From the NCBI RefSeq assembly GCF_964213995.1, contig NW_027591003.1:62001-126000 (forward strand): a stretch of 64,000 nt of DNA, read 5' to 3'. Below the pieces are notes generated by a model. The model made no database searches, had not been told where the DNA came from, and was given only the letters and a program-made list of their open reading frames with translations. Below are positions 49,075-61,269 of the stretch, piece after piece. The translations under genes were made by a program, and so were the position numbers. Positions within the stretch are counted from its first letter, which is position 1. Each line of letters opens with the position of its first letter. Origin of the DNA: Mustelus asterias. Taxonomy: Eukaryota.

Positions 49075-51290
49075 TTTAATTTGATTTAATTTATTATTGT
49101 CACATGTATACAGTGAAAAGTAATGTTTCTTGCGCGCTATACAGAGAAAAACATACCGTTTATAGAGAAGGAAACGAAAGAGTGCAGAATGTACTGTTAC
49201 AGTCATAGCTAGGTTGTAGACAACGATCAATTTAATGCAAGGTAGGTCCATTCAAAAGTCTGACAGCAGCAGGGAAGAAGGTATTCTTGCGTTGGTTGGT
49301 ACGTAACCTCAGACTTTTGTATCGTTTTCCCGAAGGAAGAAGGTGGAAGAGAGAATGTCCGGGGTGCGTGGGGTCCTTAATTACTCTGGCTGCTTTCTGA
49401 GTCAGCGGGAAGAGTAGACAGAGTGAATGGAAAGGAGGCTGGTTTTTGTGATGGATTGGGCAACATTCACGACCTTTTGTAGTTTCTTGCGGTCTTGCGC
49501 AGAGCAGGAACCATACCAAGCTGTGATACAACCAGAAAGAATGCTTTCTATGATGCATCTGTGAAAGTTGGTGAGAACCGTAGCTGACATACCAAATTTC
49601 CTTAGTCTTCTGAGACAGTAGAGGTGTTGTGGGCTTTCTTAACTATAGTGCCGGCATAGGGAGACCAGGACAGGTTGTTGGTGATCTGGATACCTTCAAA
49701 CTTGAGGCTCTTGACACTTTCTACTTCGCCCCCTTTGATGTAGACAGGGGCATAGCCTCCTTTACGCTTCCTGAAGTCGATGACAATTTCCTTCATTTTG
49801 TTGACTTTGAGGGAGAGATTATTGTTGCCGCACCAGTTCAACAGATTCTCTATCATTCCTCTATCTCATCATTGTTTGAGATCCGAGCCACTGCGATGGT
49901 GTCCTCGAAAATCGAATTGGAGGGAATTTTGGCTGCACAGTCATAGGTGTATAAGATGTATAGTCGGGGGCTGAGAACACAGCCTTGTTGGGCAACGGTG
50001 TTGACGATGATCATGGAGGAGGTGTTGTTGCCTATCCTTACTGATTGTGGTCTGTGTGTTACGAAGTTCAGGATCCAGTCGCAGAGGGAGGTGCTGAGGC
50101 CCAGGCCACTGAATTTGGAGATGTGTTTCGTGGGAATAATAGTGTTGAAGGCTCAGCTGTAGTCAATAAATAGGAGTCTGACATAGGTGTCCTTGTTATC
50201 TAGATGTTCCAGGGTTGAGTGCAGGGCCATGGAAATGGCATCTGCTGTGGACCTCTGGTGGCGGTAGGGAAACTGTAGTGGATCCAGGTAGTCCGGGAGG
50301 TTGGAATTGATTCGTGCCATGACTGACCTTTCGGACCAATTCATAATGATGGATGTCAGAGCCACCGGTGATAGTCATTAAGGCACGCTGCTTGGTTTTT
50401 CTTAGGAACTGGGATGATGGTCGTCTTCTTGAAGCAGATACGGACCTCAGATTGTTGTAAAGAGAGGTTGAAAATGTCTGTAAATACCCCCGCCAGCTGA
50501 TCTGCACATGATCTGAGTGCTCATCCGGGTACCCCATTCGGGCCAGTTGCTTTCCATGGGTTGACCTTCAAGAAACCGCCTTGACATCTGCAATTGTGAC
50601 CCCAGATATAGGTTCATCCAGGGCTTCCAGGGTGGAGGACATGCTCTCGCTGACCTCTTGCTGAAAGCGGGCGTAGAATGCATTGAGCTCATCAGGAAGA
50701 GCTGCGTTGGTGCCAGCGATTTTACATGCCTTCATCTTGTTGCCTGTTATGCCTTGCAGATCTTGCCATAGTCGGCGGGGTCGGTTTGGCTAGCCTGGGA
50801 CTCTAGCTTGATCCGGTATTGTCTTTTGGCATCTTTGATGGATCTCCTTAGATCATATCTGGCTTTTTTGTATAGGTCAGTGTCGCCTGACCTGGACGCC
50901 TCAGACCTGGACTTCAGCAAGCAGTGAATATGCCTGTTCATCCATGGTTTCCAGTTGGGGAACACACGGATTTGCTTCTTTGGCACACAGTCTTCTACAC
51001 ACTTACTAATGAAGCCAGTTACGGTCGTGGCGTACTCGTTCAGGCTGGTCGCAGAGTTTTTAAATACTGACCAGTCCACTGACTTCAAGCAGCCCCGTAG
51101 AAGATCATTCGATTCCTCAGACCAACATTGCACGACTTTCTTTGATGGATTTTCCCGCTTCAGTTTTTGCTTGTAAGTCGGGAGCAGGAGCACAGCCTTA
51201 TGGTCTGAATTGCCAAAGTGTGGGCGGGCGAAAGAGCAGTAGGTATGTTTGATATGTGTGTACCGGTGGTGCAGGATGTTTGGGCCTCTG
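49075..51290 (-). mobile_element. Rex1/Babar-clade LINE, 5'-truncated and frameshifted, in the Cmu4-TM1 intron
   Basis: Fragments [40 protein letters not shown] and LTNFHRCIIESILSGCITAWYG, with an AATAAA-(ATCAA)n tail. Confidence 0.88.
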
Positions 51291-51469
51291 GTCGAACGAA
51301 TATCCGAATGACAGACGAATAGTATATTCGTCTGTCATTATGTTTGTATGACTGCATTATTATGTGAAATCTATGCTTATAATGACAGTAGGATATGCTA
51401 TTCGTCTGTCATTATGTTTGTGTGAAGTCTATGCTTATTTATTAAAGACACTCTTATTGCGTGTGTATG

Positions 51470-52347
51470 CGTTTTCAAGTTTGCTGATGACACCACCGTA
51501 GTGGGTCGGATCTCAAACAATGACGAGATAGAGGAATGATAGAGTACAGGAATGAGATAGAGAATCTTGATAACTAGTGCGACGCCAATAACCCTCCCTC
51601 AATGTCAACAAAACGAAGGATATTGTCATCGGCTTCAGGAGGCATATTGGAGAACATGTCCTATCTACATCAAAGGGGAGGAAGTAGAAATGGTCGAGAG
51701 CTTCATATCTTTAGCTGCACAGATCACCAGCAACCTGTTCTGGTCCCCGCATGCCTACACTATAGTTAAGAAAGCCCACCAACCCCTCTACTTTCTCAGA
51801 AGACTAAGGAAATTTGGCATGCCAGCAATGACTCTCACCAAATTTTACAGATGCACCATAGGAAGCATTCCTTCTGGTTGTATCACAGCTTGGCATGGCT
51901 CCAGCTCTGCCCAAGACCGCAGTTAACTACAAAAGGCCGTAAATGTAGCCCAATCCATCATGAAAACCAGCCTCCTTTCCATTCACTATGTCTACACTTC
52001 CCGCTGTCTCGGAAAGCAGCCAGCATAATTAACGACCCTACGCACCCCGGACATTCCCTCTTCCACCTTTCTCCGTCGGAGGAAAGATAGAGAAGTCTGA
52101 GGTCGCATACCAACCGACCCAAGAACAGCTTCTTCCCTGCTGCCATCAGAGTTTTGAATGGACGTATCGCGCATTAAGTTGATCTTCAGCTACACATTGG
52201 CTATAACTGTAACACACTACATTCTGCACTCTCTCGTTTCCTTCTCCATGAAAGGTATGCTTTTTCTGTAGAGGGCGCAAGAAACAATACTTTTCACTGT
52301 ATCCCAAGCATGTGACAATAATATTAAACCAAGCAAATCAAATCAAA
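51470..52347 (+). mobile_element. Rex1/Babar-clade LINE 3' fragment, inverted relative to 49075-51290
   Basis: KFADDTTVVGRISNND, KKAHQPLYFLRRLRKFGM and FYRCTIGSIPSGCITAW, with tail aaatcaaatcaaat. Confidence 0.88.
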
Positions 52348-52399
52348 TGCCTTGATCCTTCTTTTTTGTGTTCTACCTATCCATCAGGCTATTAATATT

Positions 52400-53510
52400 C
52401 GTCTTGTTTTCTTTGTGTCTCTTTGTCTGTTTCCGTGTGACTATCTGTTAATGTGTTCGTGTATGGATTTAAATTTTGATAGTTCTTTATAACTTTGTGC
52501 TGATGGATGTTTAAGTCTCCATGCGTACTAATGTGTGTGATAGTGTTCTGTTCTGTTTGAGGATGTAAATGATTGCATCTGCATGTGTGCGTGTGTATGT
52601 TTTTCTGTCTATTCATCTGTGTGTTTCTGTGCCCGTGTGTTGTCTGATAATGTGCTATTGTATGTGTCCATGTATGTGTGTTAATGTGTATGACATTGCG
52701 TGTCTATATGTCTATGTTTCTGCCATTGTGAACGTGTGCCCTTACATATGAATTTATTTGTGCGCTTGTGTATGTGCCTGTATGTGTGTTTGTCTGTTCG
52801 TATCTATGTATATGTGTGCATGCTTTTGTGTGTGTGTGTATGTGCATGTATGTGTATGTATGCATGTACTGGTGTGTGTGTGTGTATTAATATGCGCATG
52901 TGCTTGTTTGAGTGTTTGTGTGTATGTTTTATATTTGTTTGCGCATGTATATGTCTATGTGTGCATTTCTGTATGTGTGTGTGAATGTGTGCATGAATGT
53001 GTGTGTGTGTAGTTGTGTGCATTCAGAGTGCGTGTGAATGTAGGTGTGCCTATGTATTGTGCCTGTTTTTTTTGTGCATGCGTGTTTTTGTGGGCATGTG
53101 TTTTTGTGTTTGCCTGTGTATGTGTTTGTGCATGACTATTAGTGTGAGCATGTTTGTTTCTCTGTAAGTGTGTTCATTAATGTTTGTGTTGCGTGTACGT
53201 TTGGTGTGTAAAAGTGTTTTTTATTTGTGTGTATGCACGTATGTGTTCGTGTATTTGTGTGTGCCTCTCTGAAATTGTATACATGTGCGTATATGATTGG
53301 GTGTGTGAATGCTCGTGTTTGTGTCAATGTGTGTATTTGCATGAGTATTTGTGTATTTGTGTGAATATGTGCGAGCATGTGTATTTGTGTATGTATTTGT
53401 GCCTTTGTGTTTATGTGTGTTGTGTTGTGTGTGTGTATGTGTGTCGATGTGTATATGTGTGTGGACGTGCGAGCCGATGCGCATATTTGTAATGGTGTCA
53501 GTTTTGTGTG
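52400..53510. repeat. TG-rich low-complexity tract in the Cmu4-TM1 intron
   Basis: About 1.1 kb of degenerate (TG)n/(TGTA)n. It is the source of the spurious C/V-rich and H/T-rich ORFs. Confidence 0.95.
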
Positions 53511-53871
53511 TTTTCTTATTGCTGTTCCAAGTTTCACGGGTAACCATTAATCAAGCCTGACCCGGACAATAAAAATTATGGATAATATTTCCAATGTTTG
53601 TGGCTAATGTCTTTTATGTGAGCGGCAAGGTGACATCAGATGAGTGAATGCAATAATTCATTGATGCGTCTCAGAATACTCATGGAGAAAACTGTAAAAA
53701 CCGGAGAGAATTCAATCGTTGGCTTAAATTTGGGTTGTGAGAAATCAATCCCAGCATATGACTAACAGGAGCAAGAGTGTTGAAACATTTTTAAGTTTTG
53801 GATAAATATATATTTTATGAAATGTTTCACAAAATGGAAGTTTAAACTCTGCGGCCAATAATCCAGAGGTC

Positions 53872-55247
53872 CATAAGACCATAAGACCTAGGAGCAGAAT
53901 TAGGCCACTCGGCCCATCGAGTCTGCTCAGCCATTCAATCATGGCTGATCGTTTTCTCATCCCCATTCTCTTGTCTTTTCCCCATAACCCCTGGCCCCCT
54001 TATTAATCAAGAAACTATCTATTTATGTCTTAAAGACACTCAATGACCTGGCCTCCACAGCCTTCTGCGGCAAAGAGTTCCATAGATTCACCACTCTCTG
54101 GCTGAATAAATTAGTCCTCATCTATGGTTCTATGGTTCTCTGTTTTAAAGGATCGTCCCTTTAGCCTGAGGTTTAGCCATCTGGTTCTAGTTTTTCCTAC
54201 GAGTGGAAACATCCTCACACAAACACTCTATCCAGGCCTCGCAGTATCCTGTAAGTTTCAATAAGATCCCCCCTCACTCTTCTGAGCTCCAACAAGTATT
54301 AACCTAGAGTCCTCAACCGTTCCTCATACGACACGCTCTCCATTCCAGGGATAATTTTGTGTACCTCCTCTGGACCCTTTTCAAGGTCAGCACATCCTTC
54401 CTTAGATATGAGGCCCAAAACGGCTCAAAATACTCCAAATGATGTCTGACCAGAGCATTATGCAGCCTCAGAAATACATCCCTGTTCTTGTATTCTGGCC
54501 CTCTCGACATGAATGCTAACATTGCATTTGCCTTCCTAATTGCCGACTGAAGCTGCACATCAACCTCACAAGAATGTTGAAAAATGACACCCAAGTCCCT
54601 TTGTGTTTCTGATTTCCTAAGCATTTTCCGATTTAGAAAGTAGTGTATGCCTCCATTCCTCCTTTCAAAATACATAACCTCACACTTTTCCACATTGTAT
54701 TCCATCTGCCACTTCTTTTCCCACTCTCCTAACCTGTCCGAGTCCTTCTCCAGCCCCCCTGCTTCCTCAATACTACCTGTCCCTCTATATATCTTCGTAT
54801 CATCTGCAAACTGAGCAACAGTGCCTTCAGTTCCTTCTTCCAAATCGTTAATGTATATTGTGAAATGTTGTGGTCCCAGCACCGACCCGTGAGGCACACC
54901 ACTAGTCACCGGTTGACATCCTGAAAAAGACCCCTTTACCCCCAACTCTCTGCCTTCTGCCAGTCAACCAATCCTCTATCCATGCCAGGATCTTACCCTT
55001 AACACCATGGGCAATTAACTTCTTTAACAGTCTCCTATGCAGCACCATGTCAAAGACCTTCTGGAAATCTAAACAAATCACATATACTTGTTCTCCTTTA
55101 TCTAACGTCCTTGTTACATCCTCAAAGTACTCCAGCAGATTTGACAGACATGACTTCCCCTTGACAAAGCCGTGCTGACTCAGTCCTACGTTGTCATGCA
55201 CTTCCAAATACTCTGCGATCTCATCTTTAATAATGGACTCTAAAATC
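53872..55247 (-). mobile_element. Decayed CR1 LINE in the Cmu4-TM1 intron
   Basis: ORFs 54902-55264 (QHGF, LDFQK) and 54313-54945 (GVPHGS, FADD), followed by a CR1 3' UTR and tail. Confidence 0.92.
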
Positions 55248-55424
55248 CCGGAAATAAAAGTCAATTTCTACTGATGGCAACTGAGTTCTTATCGGAAATG
55301 CCCTTCCGAATGCACTGGCTGAGGAGAGGGAAATAGTGAGCTCATAGTTTGCTCTGTTTCGCCGGTAATTACCCTTTTGGATCTATCCGCAGAGGAACTG
55401 GAGCCACAGTGGGTTACGTTTGTG

Positions 55425-55750
55425 GCTCCACGGTGGCACAGTGATTAACACTGCTGCTTCACAGCGCCAGGGACGTGGGTTCGATTACCGGTTTGGGTCA
55501 CTGTGTGTGTGGGTTCTGCAGGTTTCCCCGTGTCTGCGTGCGTTTCCTCCAGGTGCTCTGATTTCCTTCCACAGTCCAAAGATATGCAGGCTAGGTGGAT
55601 TGGCGATGCTAAATTGCCCCTTAGTGTCAGGGGGACTAGCTAGGGTAAATGCATGGGATGAAGGGGATTGGGTCTGGGTGGGATTGTGGTCTGTGCAGAC
55701 TCGATGGGCCGAACGGCCTCCTTCTGCACGACAAGATTCTATGATTCTCT
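55425..55750 (+). mobile_element. HE1-type V-SINE; further copies at ~4108-4420(-), 10625-10932(-), 18395-18870(+), 21152-21400(-), 26137-26462(+) and 60655-61033(-)
   Basis: Same head, V-domain and tail motifs as the 16807-17170 copy. Confidence 0.85.
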
Positions 55751-55981
55751 ATAATCGCATTCCTCGTCTTTTAATTGAGGCAAGTGGGGTTCGGTGCGTG
55801 AGTTAATGGACCTCCACCTCAGTTTCGATAGTGTGTATCTGAACGGGGATCGCTGGTTACCAAGAATTGGGAGCGAGACCTGTAAATATGAGACCCAAAC
55901 CAAAGATATCTAACGTAAGTAAAACAGGAAAACAATCAACTAAGCGATCGGGTATTTCATTCATCGTTGGAGAAAAAAGCT

Positions 55982-55996
55982 TTTATTACTTTTATT
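55982..55996 (-). promoter_or_regulatory. Polyadenylation signals of secreted mu mRNA (two AATAAA)
   Basis: tttatt at 55982-55987 and 55991-55996 reads AATAAA twice on the minus strand, about 30-40 nt after the secretory stop. Confidence 0.85.
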
Positions 55997-56023
55997 GAAG
56001 TTCTGAATGTAACCGAGTGATTC

Positions 56024-56418
56024 TCAATGACAGGAATTAACGGTGTCCATCAGTGCAAGAGAAATGTTCACAAAACTGGGTTTACCGCTGGATTTATCAA
56101 CCGTTCTGTTGATGATCTTCAAGGGGATGGCTTCATGTCCCACCACACAGGAGTAAGAAGCGCCGCTGGCCCACTCCAACGCTGCAATGGATAACAGACT
56201 GTACATGAAGAAGGAGCTATTGCCGTTCTCCGCCATCACCTTCGTGTTACTGTAGTTCCCGGGGTTCACCGGCTTGTCTTTGAAGGTCCACTTGACGAAG
56301 ATCTCTCGGGGGGAGAAACCTCTCACTAAGCAGGAGAGGGAGACTATTTTTTGAGCGGAGACTTCTTCTGCGGAGGGCATGAGGACAGAAACGGACGGTT
56401 CCCGCGGATTTGGATCTG
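56024..56418 (-). CDS. IGHM: IgM heavy chain exon Cmu4 plus secretory tailpiece
   Basis: Acceptor ttttCAGCAG (NAGNAG, exon start 56418 or 56415). Translates (A)[43 protein letters not shown]...[49 protein letters not shown]. The tailpiece has an N-I-S glycosylation site and a penultimate Cys. An internal donor G|GTAAAC at 56086/56085 serves the membrane form. Confidence 0.97.
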
Positions 56419-56639
56419 CTGAAAATATATAATAAATGTCAATAAAGTGGAGAGTTCCAGATACAATTAAACGGTAGACCAGAGGCGAGGGGAATGTTTT
56501 GGATGTATGGGTTTAAATGTTCATCTTTGTGATCTGCCCGGTTTCCCAGTTCGGAGCAGAGATTGATATGCTTTTCTTTGCTCCCTACTGTTCTGGATTT
56601 CAATTCTGCACCAGGCCCTTCCTATCTTACCCCCAGAGG

Positions 56640-58250
56640 TACAGGGGAAACCAATAAATGCAATGCACTTGGATTTCCAAAAAGCATTCAATAGGGAAAT
56701 GCACAAAAGGCTACTTAATAAGAAAAGAGGCCATAGTGTTGGCGGTATTATATCATCATGGACAGAGAATGGGCTAACTAAAAGAAGCCAGAAAATTTGG
56801 ATCCGGGGAGCATTTACAAGATGGCAAACTGTAACTAGTAGAGTGCCACTAGAACCGCTGCTGGGATCAGCATTATTGATGATATATGGAAATGAGGTAA
56901 ACAAGATAGTTGAATGTACAATAGTTAGGTTTGCGGATCGAACAAAATAGGTGGGAAGGCAAGTGATGAGAATTTTGCAAAAAATCTGCAGAGGAATATG
57001 AGCAGGTTAAGCAAGTGAACAAAAACTTGGCAGGTGGAATATAATGCAGGACAATGTGAATTTATGCACATTGTTGGGAAGAGTAAAGGGGTTGAATATT
57101 ATTTAAATGGACAAAAACAGCATAAAGCTGCAGCAACATGCGATTTGGGGATCATCGTGCATATATCACAAAAACTAGCGTGCAAGTTCAGCAGGTAATG
57201 AGAAATACAAATGGAATGTTGGGCATCATTTTAAAAGGAATGGAATATAACAATAGGGAAAAAAGGATAAACGATGCAACCTGGCACAATCTTCAAATGG
57301 TGAAGAGTTTTGATCCCAATAAATAAGGAAATGACAGAAATGATTGACGAGGGAAAGGCCGTGAATGTTGTCTACATGGAATTTAGTAAAGCATTTAAAA
57401 AGATCCCGCATGGCAGGCTGGTGCAAAAGGTTCAATAACATGGCATCAAGGGTGAACTCGCTGGATGAAGTCAGAACTAGCTTGGCCATAGAAGACCGTA
57501 GCGGTGGAAGGATGTTTCTTTTTTCTGAATGGCGGTCCATAACTGGTGGTGTTCCCCACGGATCAATGCTGAAACCTCTGTTGTTTGTAATATATATAAA
57601 TATATATATATCTTATATACATTACTTCAATAACATGCAGCTGGCATCATTAGAAAATGTGCGGATGATACTAAGATTGCTGGAACTGCGGATAGTGATG
57701 AGGATTGTCAAATAATACAGCAGGATATAGGTAGACTGACAATTTGGGAGGGGAAATGTCAGATGGAATTTTATCCGGACAAATGCGATTTGATGCATGT
57801 TCCTTCGAGGAATGGTTGAGGAGGTCTGCCATGTAACTCACTGGAGATTAGATGAATGTGAGGCAACCTTATTGAGCTATATATCATGCTCAGGTGTCGG
57901 GACAGGGTAGATGCTGAGAAATTTCTTTTCTCCCCTTTTGTGGAAGAGTCTCGGACTACAAGGTATAATATCTGAGTAAGGGACTGGGCCATTTAGGACA
58001 GGGATAAGGAGGAATTTCCTCTCAGAGGGTAGTGAATCTGTTAAATTATTTACTACAGTGGTCTCTAGACGCTGGGTCATTAAGTATGTTCGTAGACAAA
58101 TTTGTAATCAATAAGGGAATCAACAAATATGGAGTTGGGGCGGGAAAGTGGTGCAACGTTACCCTATCGGATGTGTCATGATCTCACTGAATGCCAGAGC
58201 ATACTCAAAGGGTCGAATGACTATAACTTACTGCCCATGCTCTTACTCAA
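56640..58250 (+). mobile_element. Two old CR1 RT fragments in the Cmu3-Cmu4 intron
   Basis: HLDFQKAF...VTSRVP...FAD (56640-57270) and a second decayed RT-to-3'UTR piece (57345-58250). Confidence 0.8.
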
Positions 58251-58459
58251 TCTAAGCCAATCTCACCACCTTCAATTCATTGTTCATTCATCAACTTATC
58301 AATTTCCCCATTTAAAAAAGTCCGCACGACCAGAGTGTTTAGTTAATGGAATTACCAATCAGGGGAGGCCAAAAGAACATGGAATAATACATATTGACTT
58401 TACACATATCATGTAAATAGACACAATGGCTCATTAATCGCTCCAATCCCTCCACTCAC

Positions 58460-58768
58460 CTTCTTCCTTGTGGACGGATTTTCTTAAAGGTGTCGGCAGA
58501 TCCTCATGGTTCGCAATGCAGTCAAACACAGTCCCACTCAGCCAGGCTTGTGTTGAGATGTTTAAGTTGCTGACGACGCTGTAAGGATCCTCTCCAGGCT
58601 TTTCAGCAATTTCTGATTTCAAAGCCTTCTTGTCTTGGCTCCAGGACACGTTGAGTCCATAAGGAGCATGAGATATGACACAGGTTAAGGTTACAGTAGC
58701 CTCCAGTAAGACCTGTTCAATTGGTGGTGGCAGTATTGTCAAGGTGGAATCAGCATTCTGGTAAGAAT
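58460..58768 (-). CDS. IGHM: IgM heavy chain constant exon Cmu3
   Basis: Acceptor tttttcctttgcAG at 58770-58769 and donor GTGAGT at 58459. Translates (D)[102 protein letters not shown]. The [13 protein letters not shown] signature is typical of shark mu CH3. Confidence 0.96.
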
Positions 58769-59446
58769 CTGCAAAGGAAAAATGAAAATCAACACAAGTT
58801 CCATCTTCAGAATCAAGACAACATTATTCAGCCCTCACACTCTAAATGGAATAAATCAACTTCGAGATATCAAACTCCAACCATCGCCCTTAATCTTCTA
58901 TAGTCAATGAAAAACCAGCTTGGTCTGGGAAAACTATTCTCATTGTTAAAATATTTCTGCTCCACTCCCATTCTAATGAATCGACATTGCAACTTTCCCA
59001 ATACAAATATATCATTCCTGATCTCAGGAATGCAGTCCTGAACGTTGGTTTATAAATAGGGTGAATGCACTTTTCAACACATTACCCTAAAGGTGTTACC
59101 AGACAACGACATCAGTCCAAATATTATCAGCTGCCTCAGGAATTTCTGTGCATATTAATGCATGTCACACTAATAAATGAAATCAAAGGATAAAGCTGGT
59201 ATCAATTCCACCTCTCTCACTATATGACATCAAAGTATCAAAGTTGGGGGAATCATTGTTTGCAATTCTGATAAAATCCTGAATAGTGAGCAATCCAAAT
59301 GGAGCTCTTACATTAGAATGAAACACAAACTACATAGAAATAACTAAGAATTTGTTGCCTGCTATGTCCTAACTTCAATCATTTTTGGTTTTGATTAAAA
59401 GCAGAGCGCAGAGTAACCAATTTCTTTATTGGTCTGTGCCTCTTAC

Positions 59447-59761
59447 CCAGAGATCCAGTGATGTTTCGACTTTGGAGGAGGCCTTGATGAGTGACCTGGC
59501 AGGTATAGACTGCTTTGCTGAACCATTCTCCAGCGGAGACTGTCAGCCCACTGCTCGCCGAGAAGTTCCCATTCGCATTCCAGGCGGGAGAGGTGACAAT
59601 TCCTGAATCCATGGGTTGTCCATTCTTCAGCCACTTCACCGTCATTGACTTTGGAAAGAAATCGATAATTGAACAGATAACGGTTGCAAATTTGCTTCTT
59701 GTGATTTCTTCACTGGAACTCACGGTGAGGATAACGGTTGGTGCGATGTCATCTCGAGGAC
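59447..59761 (-). CDS. IGHM: IgM heavy chain constant exon Cmu2
   Basis: Acceptor tttctgaAG at 59763-59762 and donor GTAAGA at 59446. Translates (C)[104 protein letters not shown], in frame with ORF 59379..59723. Confidence 0.96.
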
Positions 59762-59968
59762 CTTCAGAAACACATGTTAATCATTTTCAGCAGAAGATGT
59801 TGATCAATCAAATGCATTCTGTATTATCAATTCATTTGCAGTCAATGGACACAAACCTGGATATTCCAGGGGTCAAGAATATGCAGATCTCTATAAATTA
59901 GTTATAACAAATGTCACATACAGGTTAATCAAAGGAATTTTGTTATGTACAATTTCTACAACACTTAC

Positions 59969-60268
59969 ATTGCATTTCAATGCTCTTATCTGAACCGCTG
60001 TGTCGAACCTCACAGTTGATGTTGCTGCATGCTCCCTCTGACTCGGTGATGGTTAATTGGCTGCTTAGGGTGTAGGTTCCCTTTGTGTTTCTCATTGATG
60101 GGTAAGTCTTAACTCCAGTGGTGATCGGCTGTCCATCTTTCTTCCAGGTCAGCCTGGTGATTTCTGGGAAGTAGTCCATCGCCAAGCAGCCGTAGGTGAC
60201 GGTGCCGTCGGTGTTGTGTTGCTGACAGGAGGAGACCAGGTTGTGGAGAACGAGCGGAGACGGTGTCG
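59969..60268 (-). CDS. IGHM: IgM heavy chain constant exon Cmu1
   Basis: Minus strand: acceptor ttctttcccAG at 60270-60269 and donor GTAAGT at 59968, phase 1. Translates (A)[99 protein letters not shown]. This is a C1-set Ig domain with B/F-strand Cys, C-strand Trp and the light-chain-linking Cys, matching shark mu CH1. Confidence 0.96.
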
Positions 60269-61269
60269 CTGGGAAAGAATGGCCGATATAACAAGTTAGA
60301 CTCTGTTATTTGCGATTACTAAGCCAGCAGACATTTCAGGATTTGACCAGAACTGTGAGGTTATGCTAATATTTCCGAACAAAACCTACATCACATTTGA
60401 GATTTTATTTGTGCTATTAGTTAGAAACCATCACCTGTTCCTTCCCTCTGTAGAAACTCACATCTCTTTCTCCGTCTCTGTCACATTGGAGAAAAAAAAC
60501 ATTTTGACGTTATCTGAATGACATACATGGCATTGGATCAAAAGAGAAGAGACAGCGGATTCAGTCCATCAACTCTGCGACCATTTGTTTCTCAATCATC
60601 AACAGTTGGTGAGGAGGAAGTTGTCTCTACATTTATGTCGTTGCAGTTTTGGAAATTAGAGAATCCCTACAGTACAGAAGGAGGCCATTTGGCCCATTTA
60701 GTCTGTACCAATGACAATCCCACCCAGGCCCTATTCCCAAACCCTGCTACTGCTCTTGCGAACCCTGCCAGCTCGTGGAATATTCTCTGTAAACACATTT
60801 CATATCGAATATTACCCTGCTAATCCCCCTGACACTAGGGTCAATTTAGCCTGGCCAGTCAATGTAACCCGCACATCTTTGGAGTGTGGGAGGAAACCGG
60901 AGCACCCGAAGGAAACCCACGCAGGCACGGAGAGGATGTACAAACTCCACACAGACAGTGACTGGGGTTGAAATCGAGCCTGGGTCCCTGGCGCTGAGAG
61001 GCAGCAGTGCTAAACACTGTGCCACCATGCGGCCAAATTGCCAGTGTTCAAGCCCACTAATGCCCCTCTCCTCCTCTTTCCATCCCTCTGCCACCAAACG
61101 CCCCCTCCTACAACACCCAAAGCCCCAAAAACAATGATTCGTGACTTTGCTTTAAAAATGCCATCAGGATGAATATTTATGTAATCATCATATGCCCTAA
61201 CTGTCAATACTAATTCAAGCAATTGCAATTACTACTTGAACTACAAAGACGACTTGCATGACGAACGGC

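Noticed and set aside
52569-53560. Cys/Val-rich and His/Thr-rich ORFs
   Set aside because: They are translations of a degenerate TG repeat.
60020-60035. Extra Cys in Cmu1 (EGACSNINC)
   Set aside because: I recall a similar extra Cys in other carcharhiniform mu CH1 sequences, so it is not treated as novel.
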